The position numbers were made by a program, and so were the translations under genes. A stretch of DNA of 64,000 nt, taken from the NCBI GenBank assembly GCA_051362555.1, contig CM120641.1, positions 23,318,401 to 23,382,400 of the forward strand, in the 5' to 3' direction. Source of the stretch: Lingula anatina. Taxonomy: Eukaryota > Animalia > Brachiopoda. Positions 12,295 to 25,598 of the stretch are shown here, one piece after another. Position 1 is the first letter of the stretch; each line of letters opens with the position of its first letter. Below the pieces are notes generated by a model that had not been told where the DNA came from, did no database searches, and saw only the letters and a list, made by a program, of their open reading frames with translations.

Positions 12295-13329
12295 CTTTGT
12301 CGCTGTTTATGTATTTTCTAGATATTTTTGAAAGGAAAAATACAATTAACTATTAAAATAAAAAATCACAGAGCTCATACCTAATTATGGATACACAGAA
12401 ATTAAAGTCAGTAGACGCATAAACACCCTGCCTCAACACATGAGCATCATGACCAACTGGTAACTCCTATTATGCCACCTTACTGGTCATCTTGCACCTT
12501 AATCATACCAACTCATTAGGCATTGTGTTACTTGCTTGGGCATGTTTGGGCAATGAAACTGGAATAGGCTGGCTTGACTATGCTATGCCCAAGCATGCTC
12601 AGTAAATGAAATATCTTAAATCCAAGTACTGTTAATGCTTCAAGAGCCAAAGAATTGGCTCATTCTGTGCAAGTGCTCTATGTGAGTCTGAGAGTGTATA
12701 TGAAATTAACCAACAATTAAATTTTAATTTTCAGCACAGCTTACAGCACTGTGTATATAATTATGGTTTTTAAAAGCTTAGTGCAGTAGGTAGTCAAGAT
12801 AATGAACCTTTTATTTGTATCTACCCAGTATGATACATTGATAAAAAAATATGGTCCGTCCATTGGATGCAGCAGCTATGTCTCCAAATCTCTACAAACC
12901 TTTGGTTTTCAATGTTTTTTTCTAAATTCAGTTAATAGTATGTGATTACTTTGATCAGTGTCTCTGTTATTCAATTTCAATTTGGCAATTATTTTTCGAT
13001 GTTTTTAAAAAGTCAAAACTTCAAGCCAACTGAAATAAAACAAGGGGTAACCATAGAAAAATCAATATAATTTTTAAATGTTAATGGTTTATCAAGCACT
13101 AAGTTACTGGCAAAGTTTAAAGGTTCTCTAAACTGTCATGTAATGGCACTATCTAAATACTCCGACATAATGATTTCAAGTTCAGTTAGAGGTTTCAGCT
13201 TAACTACTGTCATAAATATTTACCGATAATATCCCACATGTGCTCTACACCACTCCTCTGTATTTCCCTTTAAGTGCTAAATGGTTCAAGTATAAATGAT
13301 ACCAATTTAAAAACATTTTCCATTCACTT

Positions 13330-13597
13330 TTCTTTCAGGTTTTTTTTCAAAACGATCAAACTTTCCGCTTTCGAGTTTTTGTAATGTTCGCTACGATTCG
13401 TTCAATTTTCTTATGAACAAATCACGGCCAATAGCTTGAGTGCTCTCAAATGGCTTTTCGGCATCATTTTGCGGAAGTAAACAAGTGCGCGAATACAGTG
13501 CGCAACTTCTCAAAATGGTGGAAACCTGTGACCGAAATTTCTAATTTTTGTATCGTGTATTGATGCATCCGGAGAGTCATAAACTGTTTAGTGTAGA
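13330..13597. promoter_or_regulatory. Bidirectional promoter VRK1/PPP1R37
   Basis: Locally CpG-richer. CCAAT 13428-13432, ETS-type GCGGAAGT 13471-13478, YY1-like AAAATGGTGG ~13512, and CHR-like TTTGAA (~13347) and E2F-like GCGGAAA (~13362) on the - strand. A probable donor for a VRK1 non-coding first exon lies at ~13327, with the acceptor at 12318. Confidence 0.6.
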
Positions 13598-15033
13598 ATG
13601 TCAGAGCAAGAGAATTACACACAACTGGCACCTGCAGTCATACAGGGCGAAAATGAAGTGAACGAATTGGTGCAAATTTCGGAAGAGCAGCCGAGGATAA
13701 CTTTCTCAGACGGAAAGCAGACAGCTGACATTGCCAGTGACACAGTTCCGGAAAATGACACGAAAATTATAAAGAAAATCAAAGAGAAATCGAAAGACAG
13801 GAAGGTGTCTTTCCCCGATGTTACAGTTGTGTCAGGTTATGCTGATCCACCAAACCCTTGGCATGGAGGTCAGTGATTAGCAAACGGTGGCAAGAAAACT
13901 AGATATTATTGTTCATTACACTGCTCTCTTATTGAATATTGTATTGTTTTCGGTCTCATTTGCAAGTGCCACAGAACATAGCATTGCCAGTTTTGTTTCT
14001 AATTCAAATGTTAAAATGGAATGTGGAATGTGTCTTCTTGGCCATTGGTATTGTCACGTTTTAAATTTTGATATTTTAAATGATATTTTACATTGCAAAG
14101 ACTCCATTTTCATCTTTTTACTAGACACTGAGCCCAGTTGCAAGTGCATCTTGAATGTTATGTAATCTCGGATTGAAAGCATTTGATAACATGTACATAA
14201 AACTTACACAACTATATCCCTATCATTTTGTCATGCAAGCCCTAAGTTGGTGTATTTATAAAAGTAAAGTCTTGAAATCTTTGGGTTTTTTAATGTCCAG
14301 TTGTGTTAAGCTTGATACTGAATATCTTAGATAGATGGTTCATTATAACAAATGATTAAATGGGATAAAAAGTTGCAAAATGTTGCTGACTGCTTGTTGA
14401 CTGATTACACATTTTAAATGGCAATAGACCTCAAAAATCTAAAATTAAGTTATAAATCAGTATGCTTTTTCCAGGGCTATATTAGTTTGGCCGTATGCGC
14501 AATCCTAGTAGTGAGGTGTGTGAGGTCTCAATGAGGAAAAAATCGACTGTATAATCAATAAAAAGTCACTCTTCAATATTATTTAGTGTCAAAGAAGGAC
14601 ATGCTTCAAAATCCAACTACGCATGTACACACTCATTTTCAGTTGACACCATATGATTTCAGAAACTGTTGACCATTTGAGGCTAGGCAAATATGGTTGG
14701 GATTTTAACCACTATATTAGCAATGTGTTAAAACAGACTGAGTGTATCTGCATCTAGCATTGCAAAACCCTTTTTACACATGCAAGGATAAAATCTGGTT
14801 ATTTGTCACCTTCAAACAATCTACACACTTCAAAGACACCTGGTTATTTAATGTATGAAGTGATATTTCATTGGGATAATTTTTTATTTGTAATCATTAT
14901 GGTAGATTTTTTATGGTGAAAGCAATTTAGCAGAAAAATCTACAATGGGCCGTTAAAACAAAAATGAAATATCTTTATTTCCTTTGAGCAAAGTCAAATC
15001 TATTAAACCAACTACATTTAATTTTGAAAGAGA

Positions 15034-15116
<83 letters not shown>

Positions 15117-18100
15117 GTGGGCTCAATAATAAAAAGTGACAAAGCAAATACAAAATTATGTAATTTATATGGTCAAACTAAGAATGATTAACTAGGAAAT
15201 CATAAAAAATATATCACAATGTATAAGATGAAATGGACAATATTAATAGTACAATAAGTAGATAATTTATGTCATTCAGAAACGTGATACCATGAATGAC
15301 TGCATTTGAAAGTCTTCAAATCTGTCACCCTATATTTTGTAAAAGCTTATTATAGCTATGCTGTAAAATAATTACCCATTTCAGTTTGTCTGAAATCTTG
15401 GTGTAGGCCATAGATAATTGATAAGATTTGTGACATATCAAATATTGATATATTGTTAATTGTTAGCAAAAGTGTATGGAGTACATAGTATATATGCTTG
15501 TTACGGTCAGAACTAATGATAATCCCTCACCATACCATGCAATATACAGTGTTTATAAGCCATATTTGTCCATTTTGCAGTCAATTTATGTTGCAGTTGT
15601 AAAAGCCAGGAAAGAAATTAATGGAAGATAAATGCAATAATTGTAATGGAGAATGTAATGGGGCATTATGACTTTCACTGGGACACATACAGCGAGTAAA
15701 AAAAAGTTGTAATTGATATCACATGTATGCTATAATACACCATGACTACCCTTCTGAATGATGATGTATAGTAATGGGCATATGAACTACTATATCACCT
15801 GTTTTTTTTTTTGTTTTCAGTAAGTGGTCTCTCCACAGACAGCCTGATCAGTGCATACAAACATCATTGTGAAAAGCTGAACATAAAACCCTTGCAACGC
15901 TTGCTGTCACAATTACAGGTAAAAAAAAATTGTCTAATAGTAAAGGAGATGTGCCTGTAGTTATTAGCCCTAGATATTAATGATATTGATATATAAGGAT
16001 ATGATAACCTTACTGAATGTGTTGTACTAAAAGCTATGTAAATGTGGACTATTACTGATAGTGGGATAACTTGTGTTAGAATATGAAAAGTGATAATTTT
16101 GACCAATAATCTTATCTTTAAATACCACAATTTTTTTCATAATTTAATATTGTAGTATAGTAGTTTGGATAACATCACACTGTAAAAATGTAACTAGAAT
16201 GGAATTCCAGATGTTAAAGGTGGAATGGGACCATTTCTGTATGACCTTGGTGTCGTTGTTCCCTGCATGTGACCCAGATAGATAATCTCGTGAATGTAAC
16301 AACTGCATGCTGTCCTATGTTTCTGAAAGAAAGTTTATAAAAAGTCAAAACTATCAGTTAAAACATAGTTACTCAGTATGTACATGCATTGCTATGCACA
16401 CATTCATGGTATACATGTGGGCGTTTTGGGTTGTTTAGGTTTGCCTGATGCTTGGCTTTCTCTGAAAGCATGATTCATGGATCCAAGAAAGATGTGCATT
16501 GATTTATCTCTTACTGGAATCATTGTAAAGAGAAATTGGAATAATCACAAAGTGCACCTATTGGTGCAGAGAAATCCATTTTAGCAGCTTGTTTTGCCCA
16601 TGGTTTGTCTGTAAAAATTCATTTTAATACCAGGAAGAAAGCTTATGAGACATGTCTATGGAAGTTGAGCTTTTTCTTATTGTGAGATGTGTCATGAAAA
16701 AGGGAACATGTTTAATGTGGGTAACTAGAGACATGGCCTTTTTTTTTGCACCTATTCTCTGTAGTATAGACCATTTGTATTATTAGTACTGTGTGAAGAA
16801 TGGGTGTTTTTTGTTACCAGATTTACCAGCTCATGCCCTGTATTAGTCAGATTTAGCGAAGAAGAAGACACCTTAATTATATCCCCCCTCATTATAATAA
16901 TCCCCCTGTCACCCATGAGTAAAGTGGAAAGAAACATTAGCTGGAAGTGAGATCACAGCAAGATAACACAAGGTTATGTGCAATCAAGGGTTTGCTTCCT
17001 GAAGTTCAGCCTTTGATAGATTATTTGTAATAAAATTGATGAAAACAGGACCTGAAATATTGTGTTCTTTGTTCTCCTTGTTAATGTTAAAGAGTGGGCA
17101 AGGAAAGGACATTGAAGGTCATTGTGTCATTAAGTTATAAATTGTGCCTGCCTCCCTTTTTTTAATTAACAAGAAAATTTAAGGAAGTTAAAGTGAACAT
17201 TAAATGACTGGTAGTTGACTTTTGGTAAACGGTATCTAAGGGAATAAAAGCAGCGCTTAAACGTTAAACCGTTTGAATACAGGCATAATAAATTTGATTA
17301 CTTTTATAGCCAGGTTGTTCCGCCAGTTTTCTTTATAGAGCTCTCTATGGTTTTATTCTAAGATTAATGTACAGTTACTGAAGACCAGATACATAATGTT
17401 GTCATTCTCCTCTGATGTACCTTCACAGGGGAAAACTGCAGCGTTAAAATGACGTTGCACAACAAAGTGGAGTTGTTATCAGCACAGTGCTGGCGTACCT
17501 GAACACCATATGCTGGTATTTGTTGGCTCTGCTTTACAATTTTTCTTCTTAGTCATTGGCAATGTGCACGTCAGTGCAGCCCTAATGGGTTCTTGGTCAA
17601 TAGACTGAGAAACAAACTAACCATCTTAATCCTATGTGCTGTTCATTTAGTCTCTAAATTGGCTCAACTCCCATAGTAATAGTATGAATATGGTCTGAGA
17701 ATTAAAAAAAGAAAACCATCTTTATTAGATCAACAGTTGATTTTTTCGTATTTATTTCAGGTCATTCAGGACTTTGATGCCAGACAGGAAACTTTATTTT
17801 TGAAGGGTAAGACAATTATTCAGTGGTTAGTACTTTATATTGTATAATTATCATGAACTGTATTCTTGCCATTTAAAATGTTTTACTTTGAATCTGTCAT
17901 ATCTCATACAGTTGAATAAGGCTTCGTTCACATGGAAAGTCTATTTTCTAAAAATCTATTTTCTATTCGTGATATCTTGTAATCACGGTCCCTGTGCCCT
18001 GAATATCCCAAGAATTAATTACAGCTTTGGAAGTAGCTGGCTCGCACCGCCAGTAATTACGCCGCGGGATATTCAGGGCACAGGGACCGTGATTACAAGA

Positions 18101-21100
18101 TACCGCAAATAGAAAATAGATTTTTAGAAAATAGACTTTCCATGTGAACGGAGTCCAAATGTATATTACTTTCTCAAGTATTTCAGTTTAACTCCCAAGA
18201 AAAATTCAATGAAAATGTATAAGAGTTAAAAGATGTACTCCCATTCAGTTTTGATTTTGTTGTTGTTACCTGGCTTATTTGCTCTGGCTATGAGACTACG
18301 TACCCTGTGTGGTGCATATATTGATTATGTATGACAAATAAACCATGGTATCCTCCCCTTCAAAAGATAATCTGACTTGGTATATAAATAGAAGATATCT
18401 TATTGGTGGGGCAATCAAAGTCAATGACATTACAATTGTTTAAACAGGACTTGAAATTAGCATATTATGATAGTGTATAAGGCGATTTTATATTGGAACA
18501 ATTCAGTGATATTTACTAAAATTGCATAGATCTTTGAATGAAGCTAATAAATTTATTACTATCAGGTTTGATTTCAGTGCCTCCCCTTGACTGTTGCCCA
18601 GTGGTCTTTTCCACACATTTTACATATTCCACTCTTACTGGAAGACAAACATTAATTACAAGCACTGCTTTTAAAGAACTTTTACAAACACTTTGCTTTT
18701 CTGTTAATCTACTATGTTTTTGTATTCTTTTAATTTGTTGCGTATAATAAAATTGAATAAATGAAAAGAGAATGCTATCCCATATATTAATTATATATAA
18801 GAATAATTGTGTCATAGGTGTACTCTTTTATTGTTAAGTTGTGGACTTTTGGCAAAAATTTTGCCAGAACCAATAAAGATAATAATTATTATTATTATAA
18901 ATAGCTAGCTGTAATTAAGCATTGCGTGATTACATCCCATGAGTGTATGTGCATTTTTACTGTAGTTGTTTAGTAGTTGATTATGCTTCTGTAAACAAAA
19001 ATGATCCCATATTTATAATAAGGAACATTTGCCTCCGTAATATTTATGATTATAAAATGAACTCCTTGTTTTTATATTTCACTGGTATTTTTCTTTTTTT
19101 TTTTTCACTTTAGGTATTAAAGTTATTGTGATAGCATTATCATCATCTTTTACTATCTTCCTGTATACTTAAAATTCTATTACATAAAATGACAAATATA
19201 AGAATTATTCACAGCATGCATGCATCTGTTTATTAGTAGTGGGTTATTGTGAAATGTTTATTGTGCTTCATTATTCAGTGTTAATGTTATTTAATGGCTA
19301 GAGGCAAGCAGTTCACATAGCTCTTGGGCTTGTTGTCAAACCTGGGAAAGTTCACTTGAGTGGTAGTGTTGAGAAAGTAATTTGGTTGATTGAATGTCAT
19401 GTTGTCTTTTTTTTTTTGTAGGGGAGCGTTTAGATGCCCGGCATGTGGAGGCAATTGAAGAGATTTTCCGCCGTGTGCAGTTCAGGACTGTGGACATGGA
19501 GGCCACCAATTTAGATGACGAGGTAATCATGTCTAGTGGGATATTTCCATTATGGCATTTGACATTGTGTTACTTTTTAGTATTTGAAGAATTGATATCT
19601 CCTTTAGATGAAATATTGATTGGCAGCCTGAGAAATTGAATTTATGGAAATATTGTAAATGCAGTTTGTCATATGATGGAAAAAACAGAGACAAGCCAAT
19701 CTTTAATAATACATACATGATGTTGCATTATACAAGTTCACGGGCAATGTTAACTCAAAATAAAGTGAGTTAATAATAGAAATTAATCTGTTTTCCAGAG
19801 TGCCAATGCTTTGTTTGAGATGATCGAGTACTATGACAGTGCAGGTCGTCTCAACATAGCTTTTAATAAGAGCATAGGCCCCAGGGGCTGGATGAGTTGT
19901 TCTAGGCTCATCAAAAAGGTATGAGAATCGATCAAGACTTGAATGAGGAGAAAAGCTTTGCTTTTATTAGTTTAAGAGCCTTTATCTATTACTCTTGCTT
20001 TGAAGCTTTTTAGTCATTATAATTGAACATATTTATTTATTTATTTATTTATTTATCTATTATGTTTTCCCTTGGATATTGGTTTGGTGCTTATTTCACT
20101 CCTTCTCTTAGTCTTTTTGGTGAAGACAAAATTTTGAACAAATTAAAACAAATGAACAAACCAGACATGCTGAAACTGTCAGTCTGTTCGGTCATGACTT
20201 GGTCAGTCCAAAGGATCGGCAAGAGTTTTAAGAGCTGCAATTTTGAATTTACAGTCATCATTCGACATACTTCACTTATAAAATTATATAAAACCCAAAG
20301 CGTTTTTCCCCTTCCATTTCAAACCTATCACATTCACAAACAAAGTAAGCTACCCTAATCGTACTGGTAGTATCTGTCTCAAACGAATAGGGTGATTTTA
20401 CGGTCTGACAAAAATCCATTCGGTCTGGCAAATTTTCCATAACTGCCGGTCCAAATGTCCAGCCATTCTGAAAAGTTTTCAGCATGTCTTACAAACCAAA
20501 TTAAATTCTTCAGGATTTGACATCGTGGAGTAAGAAACAAATTCATTTCCATTAGTCTAATGGAGAAGCATATTTCCCCTTGCAGGCTCCTAGCTTAGAA
20601 TACTTGGATGTCAGGAACTGTACCATTAGTGATCAGGGCATGGGTATCTTGGGGCGCTCTCTCCGCCTGGGCTCTACACTCAGCATTCTGCACATGGAGA
20701 ATGTGGGGCTGGCAGGCAGACCACTCCTTATTCTGGGTATGTAAACTACCATATGTGATTAAATATGATAAACTGTACTTGAAGTATCTGGTTAGCTTTG
20801 CACAGGGAAAGATGAATTGTAAATATTATTGTTCTGTATTGTCTCAATACTAGAGTCCGTTATTATTTTACCCAGTGCCATATAACCATGTTATATAATA
20901 GTAAAATGCACAGTGAATTTTTTAACTGACATTAGTTTAATATCTCATTTTTTATTAGACAATTTTTTTCAGTCTAGAAATGTTGTTTAAACAAAAAGAA
21001 ATTACCCAATGCAGATACAACTTGAAACTTATTTAGGAAATAAACTGACTGATAATCATTTCATTTTCTTTTCAGTTGCTGCCCTGAAGCTTAATGAACT

Positions 21101-24100
21101 GCTTAGGGAATTGTTCCTGGCTGATAACCGTCTCATGCCTTCAGATGCCATACAACTGGGAAACCTGCTCAAGTTTAACCACCGACTCAAGTTACTGGAC
21201 ATAAGAAATAATCATATACAGGTATGCCCTTTTAATGTTTGAATAGCTCATTGCAGGTAAAAGGCAATTTTTTGCATTTAGTACATATTTTTTCTGCATT
21301 TACTATGATTGTTGAAAGAGGAAAATGCATACTTTTTCTACTTATTAGAATGAAGTATTTGATGGGTTATATTGACAGAATGTCACTTGCAATATTTGTT
21401 CTCATACATGTTGAACTTAATGAAATGATCAGTGGTGTGAGGGTTGCCTACAGTATTTTCCCACTCTGAGACATCTTTTTCCTCCATTAATCAATTTAAT
21501 TCTAATATTATTCCCTTGTTTGGGATGTGAAGAGATGTATGAATGACTGATGAGCAAAAATGTTGTCTCATGTTTTTTCAGGATGTTTGACTCACTCAAC
21601 TAAGTTGTGGGTTACTTGTTCTACCTTTTTAAAGGTTTATTGCACTCATGAGCTTGGTCATATGAAGAGAACATTAAATTTTGTCTTTTTTTTAGGATGT
21701 TGGACTAACTCATTTAAGTGATGGGTTATATGAGCAGAGCTTGGACAATGGTCTCCATACTTTGGTGTTATGGAACAATCAACTCACTTTTCAAGGAATG
21801 CAGTCATTGTCCAGGGCACTGGTAAGTAGTACCACAGTTTGCAATGGTTGTCATAAGCACTGGTAAGTAGAAGCACCATAAAATGCAGTCATTGTCTAGG
21901 GTGCTTATAACTTTTAAGCTTTATATTGTCTATCCTTCATATTTTATCCTACTATTAGCTTGGTCTGGTTGTATAAAAATCATTATGCACTGCAGTAAAA
22001 GGTATTTTGTCTCTGCTTAGTCTAAGTGTATTCTTTTCTTCTTTTCCCCCCAAAATGACTTATCAATCTGGTTAAGTTTTTTTTCCTTCTTGCTGTCATA
22101 CTTTTCTACATATAACCACAAGTTTTTATTGTTTTTGTTTTTTCAGTCCTCCACAAAATGTCTACAGACATTGAACCTAGGACATAACAATATCAGCAAT
22201 GAGGGGATATTAAGGTTAAAGGAAGGTCTCCTACAGAACAGGTCATTGCTAAGGATAGGATTACAAGCAGCCAAAATTTCTTGTGAAGGTAGGCATTAGA
22301 TGAGCACTAGATCAGTTGCTGTGAAGTATGATGTTAGCACTGACCCCTCACCCACTGATACGTAGCCAGTAAGGTATTGCAAAAGTTCTTGGCACAGAGT
22401 GATTTTGAGCCTTTTGGGTCACAAGCTACATTGTTGTTGTTGTTCATTAATAATCCAAGTCATGATGTCAAACATTTAATATTTTATCTGCTGGACAAAC
22501 AGCCATATTTCCAAAGAGACACAGTAGACACTAATTGTAACCATGAATGTCTAGCTGATCAGTAAAGCAAGTATTATAATACTATATATAAATTTTTGAA
22601 AAAAATTTAGGAGCTATAATATAAAATTATTTGTTCTTTTTTGAATAATAAACAATGTGATTTGAAGTTGGATTTAACTATAATCCTGAGTGTTGCCCTA
22701 TCTTTCAGGTGCCATAGCTTTAGCAGAATTTGTAGCTGACAGCCCAGAACTCTTGAGGATGGATTTGAGAGAAAATGACATCAAGACTGCTGGACTGATG
22801 GCTCTCTCATTGTCACTCAAACACAACACAACAGTCAACAGGATTGACTTGGATAAGGAGCCCAAAAAAGAAAATGTGAGATGCGTTTGTCAAGTTAAAT
22901 TAACAAATTTCACACCTACATAGATGTTTATTTTAACAGTACTGAGTATCAGCATAGTATCAGTTTTTACAATATTTATATTTCACAAAGTATGTATAAA
23001 CTACATTTAATTTACCATCTCTAGGGTGTTAAGGATTATGCTGAACAACAGGAGCGCCTTATCCAAGACATTAACTCCTATTTACAAAGAAACCGTGAGT
23101 TGGCCCAGAAAAGAGCCGAGGAGCAGTCTGCGGCATATGAAGCACAAAATGCCAAAGCTGCGACAGAGGATGGTGCTTCGGATGAGAAATCACTGCCTGA
23201 AAATGCCACTGAAGCCACAGAAGAACAAGTGCCTGTGGCAAAGGGGGTGACCTCTGAGGCAGAAGCTCCCCCAGCTGATAGCTGTCATCCTAAACATCAC
23301 CCTGACTCACTGAAGTTTGTGGAACAGGATCAGGTACGCCCCCAGGAGTCTCTGGACTCCCCAGCCTTTGCACCAGATGGTGCTGTCACCTTCAGTGTCA
23401 ACAGCGACAAGGTCCAGTTTATGAAAAATGTTGGGAATGTCATAAAGGAGGATGAAGAGGAAGGACACGAAGCTCAGTGTGATGATAAAGATATAGAGAA
23501 GGATGTAGATCAAGAGTGTCAAGAACAGGGAGTTGACAATGACAACGAGGCTGACAAGATGGAGGTTTCCTCACAAACTTCTGTTTTGTCACCACTTACA
23601 TCAGAAGAGCAGATATCAGGGGGTGACAGTGATTCCACACTTCCTCTGTCTCAAGATGCCAAACTCACTGAAGCCCCTGTGAAGCCTTTGAACACAGCAC
23701 CCATTCCCTGTGTCCCCCCACCATCTTCCCTAACCCCTCTCATGGTCCAGACTATCCCCCTGGGAGCCTCTCCCCCTTCTTTTGACTTACCCAGGCAGAC
23801 CAGCCCTGCTGCCAGTCCAACCAGAGCTAAGAGGGTGTTCCGTATTAACAGGGTCACTGAGACATCACCCTGCCCCTCACCAGCGTCCTCTCCTGTTGCC
23901 ACACATCCAGCAGGTGGCAGTTTTGATGCCATATTATCTTCCCAGGAGCACATGGGAACTGTGGAAAAAACACAGACTGAGGTTCATGAAAACACAGGTC
24001 CTTCTCTTGTCACTCACAGCTCTGAGACTGAGAAAGAAACTAATGATAAGACCCCTAATGAAGCTGCAAGTGTGGAGGAGACTCCAGTTGTGACTGGCAC

Positions 24101-25598
24101 AAATCTTGAAGCTGGCGACTCCATCAAAGTAACTGATGAGACCACAGTGCAATTACAGCACACTGGAGAAAAAGATAATGCTGGGGTTTCTGAGTCAACT
24201 GTAGACTCAAGGGCCCATATACAGCACTGTGGGGTTACAGGAGATAAGTCTGACAATGGTGAAGAGCCAGTATTACTGAACACTGGTGATGGTAGTCTTC
24301 AGGCTGGCCCTGAGACAGATGGACAGAAGGCTGAGAACTATGTGGTTGATATTCTTCAAGGTGCTGTGAAAACATATCAGGAAAAACTTTGTGAGGACCC
24401 AGAAAAAACGGAGTCAGCTGCAATTGAAAGCCATATAGCTGACCAAAGTGTGCAATGTCCTGATGATAGTGCAAATGTAGACGTAGACAGTAGTACTAGT
24501 GATGTGCTTGTGGTGGGTAATAAAACAAAAGAAAACAAACTTGAGACAACGCAGTGTGACTCTGCTCAAGACAATAGTTTGCTTACTTCTTGCACAAAAA
24601 CTTGTGACACAGCAAACGTCCAAACCACTATGTCTGCAGGGGGTGAGGATGTGGCTGAGAACACCACCCCACCAGATCTCTGGGATGTTGATGAAGGAGA
24701 AAATGAGGAGAAGCCAGACTTCCATTCCAGTCTCACCATGAATGGCATGACCAGGGAATTGGCCAAAGTACTGGACAGTCTAGAGGAAACTCCTCAAGGT
24801 AGGGAAAATATTGGTCTTGGCAAAGTAGAAAAGAATTTCATCAGATGTGTTTTGCACTAATAGTAAAGCAGTAATTTTTCTTCAGTCAACAGCTAACCAA
24901 AATTGTTGTTTACTTCCATTGTTTTGTGAGTGGCCTCATTCCTTAATGTAAGTGCTCACGATAGACATTGAAAATATTGGATGTAAACAATATTTCTGTA
25001 CTACCTGTTGATTGTAATAAGTACAGTTGTCTTTTTATTGGTTTTGCAATAATTAAGACTTCTGATGCCCATCATTTTCATAGTCATAGCTTTGTATGGA
25101 TTTGGTAGCAGTTCAATAATAATAATAGCAAACCTGCTCAGTTTAGTGTGTATGAATAAAGAGGAGCAAATGTAACAGTGATTGGTTTCTTTGCATATGA
25201 AATGTAACTATATTTGATTTTGATGTCATTCAGAACCTTCTACACCCAATGACCTGAGGGAGATGGTAGCTGCAGCTCTCAGTGAACAGACAACAGAAAA
25301 CGGTAAAGTGATAAATATATTTACCATTGTGCCTACTTTTGTGTATGAGTATGTTTTAAAATGTATTCTCTTTCAACACTTAAAAGGGTGAGGCTTTGTT
25401 ATACATTATACCTAGTGTATCTAATGATTATAAGACGATTTGAAATAATTAACTTGTAGTGTTACTGTTTATTTTCTCAAGGATTACAGATCAACACATT
25501 TTGAATATGATAAAGGAGAATTACATAAGAATGACTCCTGTTTGATTCCAGAGACAACAGAGGAAGTTCCACAAGAAGATACTTCTGAGAACACTTAG
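13598..25598 (+). CDS. PPP1R37: Protein phosphatase 1 regulatory subunit 37 (LRRC68-like; RVxF + RI-type LRRs + acidic disordered tail), 13 exons
   Basis: Exons 13598-13868, 15821-15918, 17761-17806, 19422-19522, 19799-19918, 20586-20736, 21076-21221, 21696-21821, 22147-22288, 22709-22875, 23025-24798, 25234-25302, 25552-25598 splice in frame. Motifs RKVSFP..PPNPW, EAIEEIFRRVQF, LFEMIEYYDSA, LRELFLADN, ISCEGAIALAE, DLRENDIKTAGLMALSL. Confidence 0.92.
15032..15111. repeat. (AT)n microsatellite
   Basis: Directly visible. Confidence 0.98.
17920..18155. mobile_element. Palindromic MITE, Harbinger/Tourist-like
   Basis: ~90-bp inverted arms (GGCTTCGTTCACATGGAAAGTCTATTTTCTAAAAATCTATTTTCTATT... / ...AATAGAAAATAGATTTTTAGAAAATAGACTTTCCATGTGAACGGAGTC). 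Flanks TAA and CAA, read as a degenerate 3-bp TSD. Confidence 0.8.
20162..20490. mobile_element. MITE with CAGACATGCTGAAA TIRs and 6-bp TSD, copy A (hAT-like)
   Basis: TIR CAGACATGCTGAAA / TTTCAGCATGTCT(T). TSD ACAAAC at 20156-20161 and 20491-20496. Homologous to 41472-41807. Confidence 0.85.

Noticed and set aside
12533-12593. Inverted repeat GCTTGGGCAT/ATGCCCAAGC
   Set aside because: Only a 10-bp stem with no TSD and no second copy, so it cannot be assigned.
10995-13273. TTAAAGGGAA ... TTCCCTTTAA as the ends of one Kolobok-like element
   Set aside because: The match is short and would enclose three VRK1 exons; at most these are unrelated remnants.
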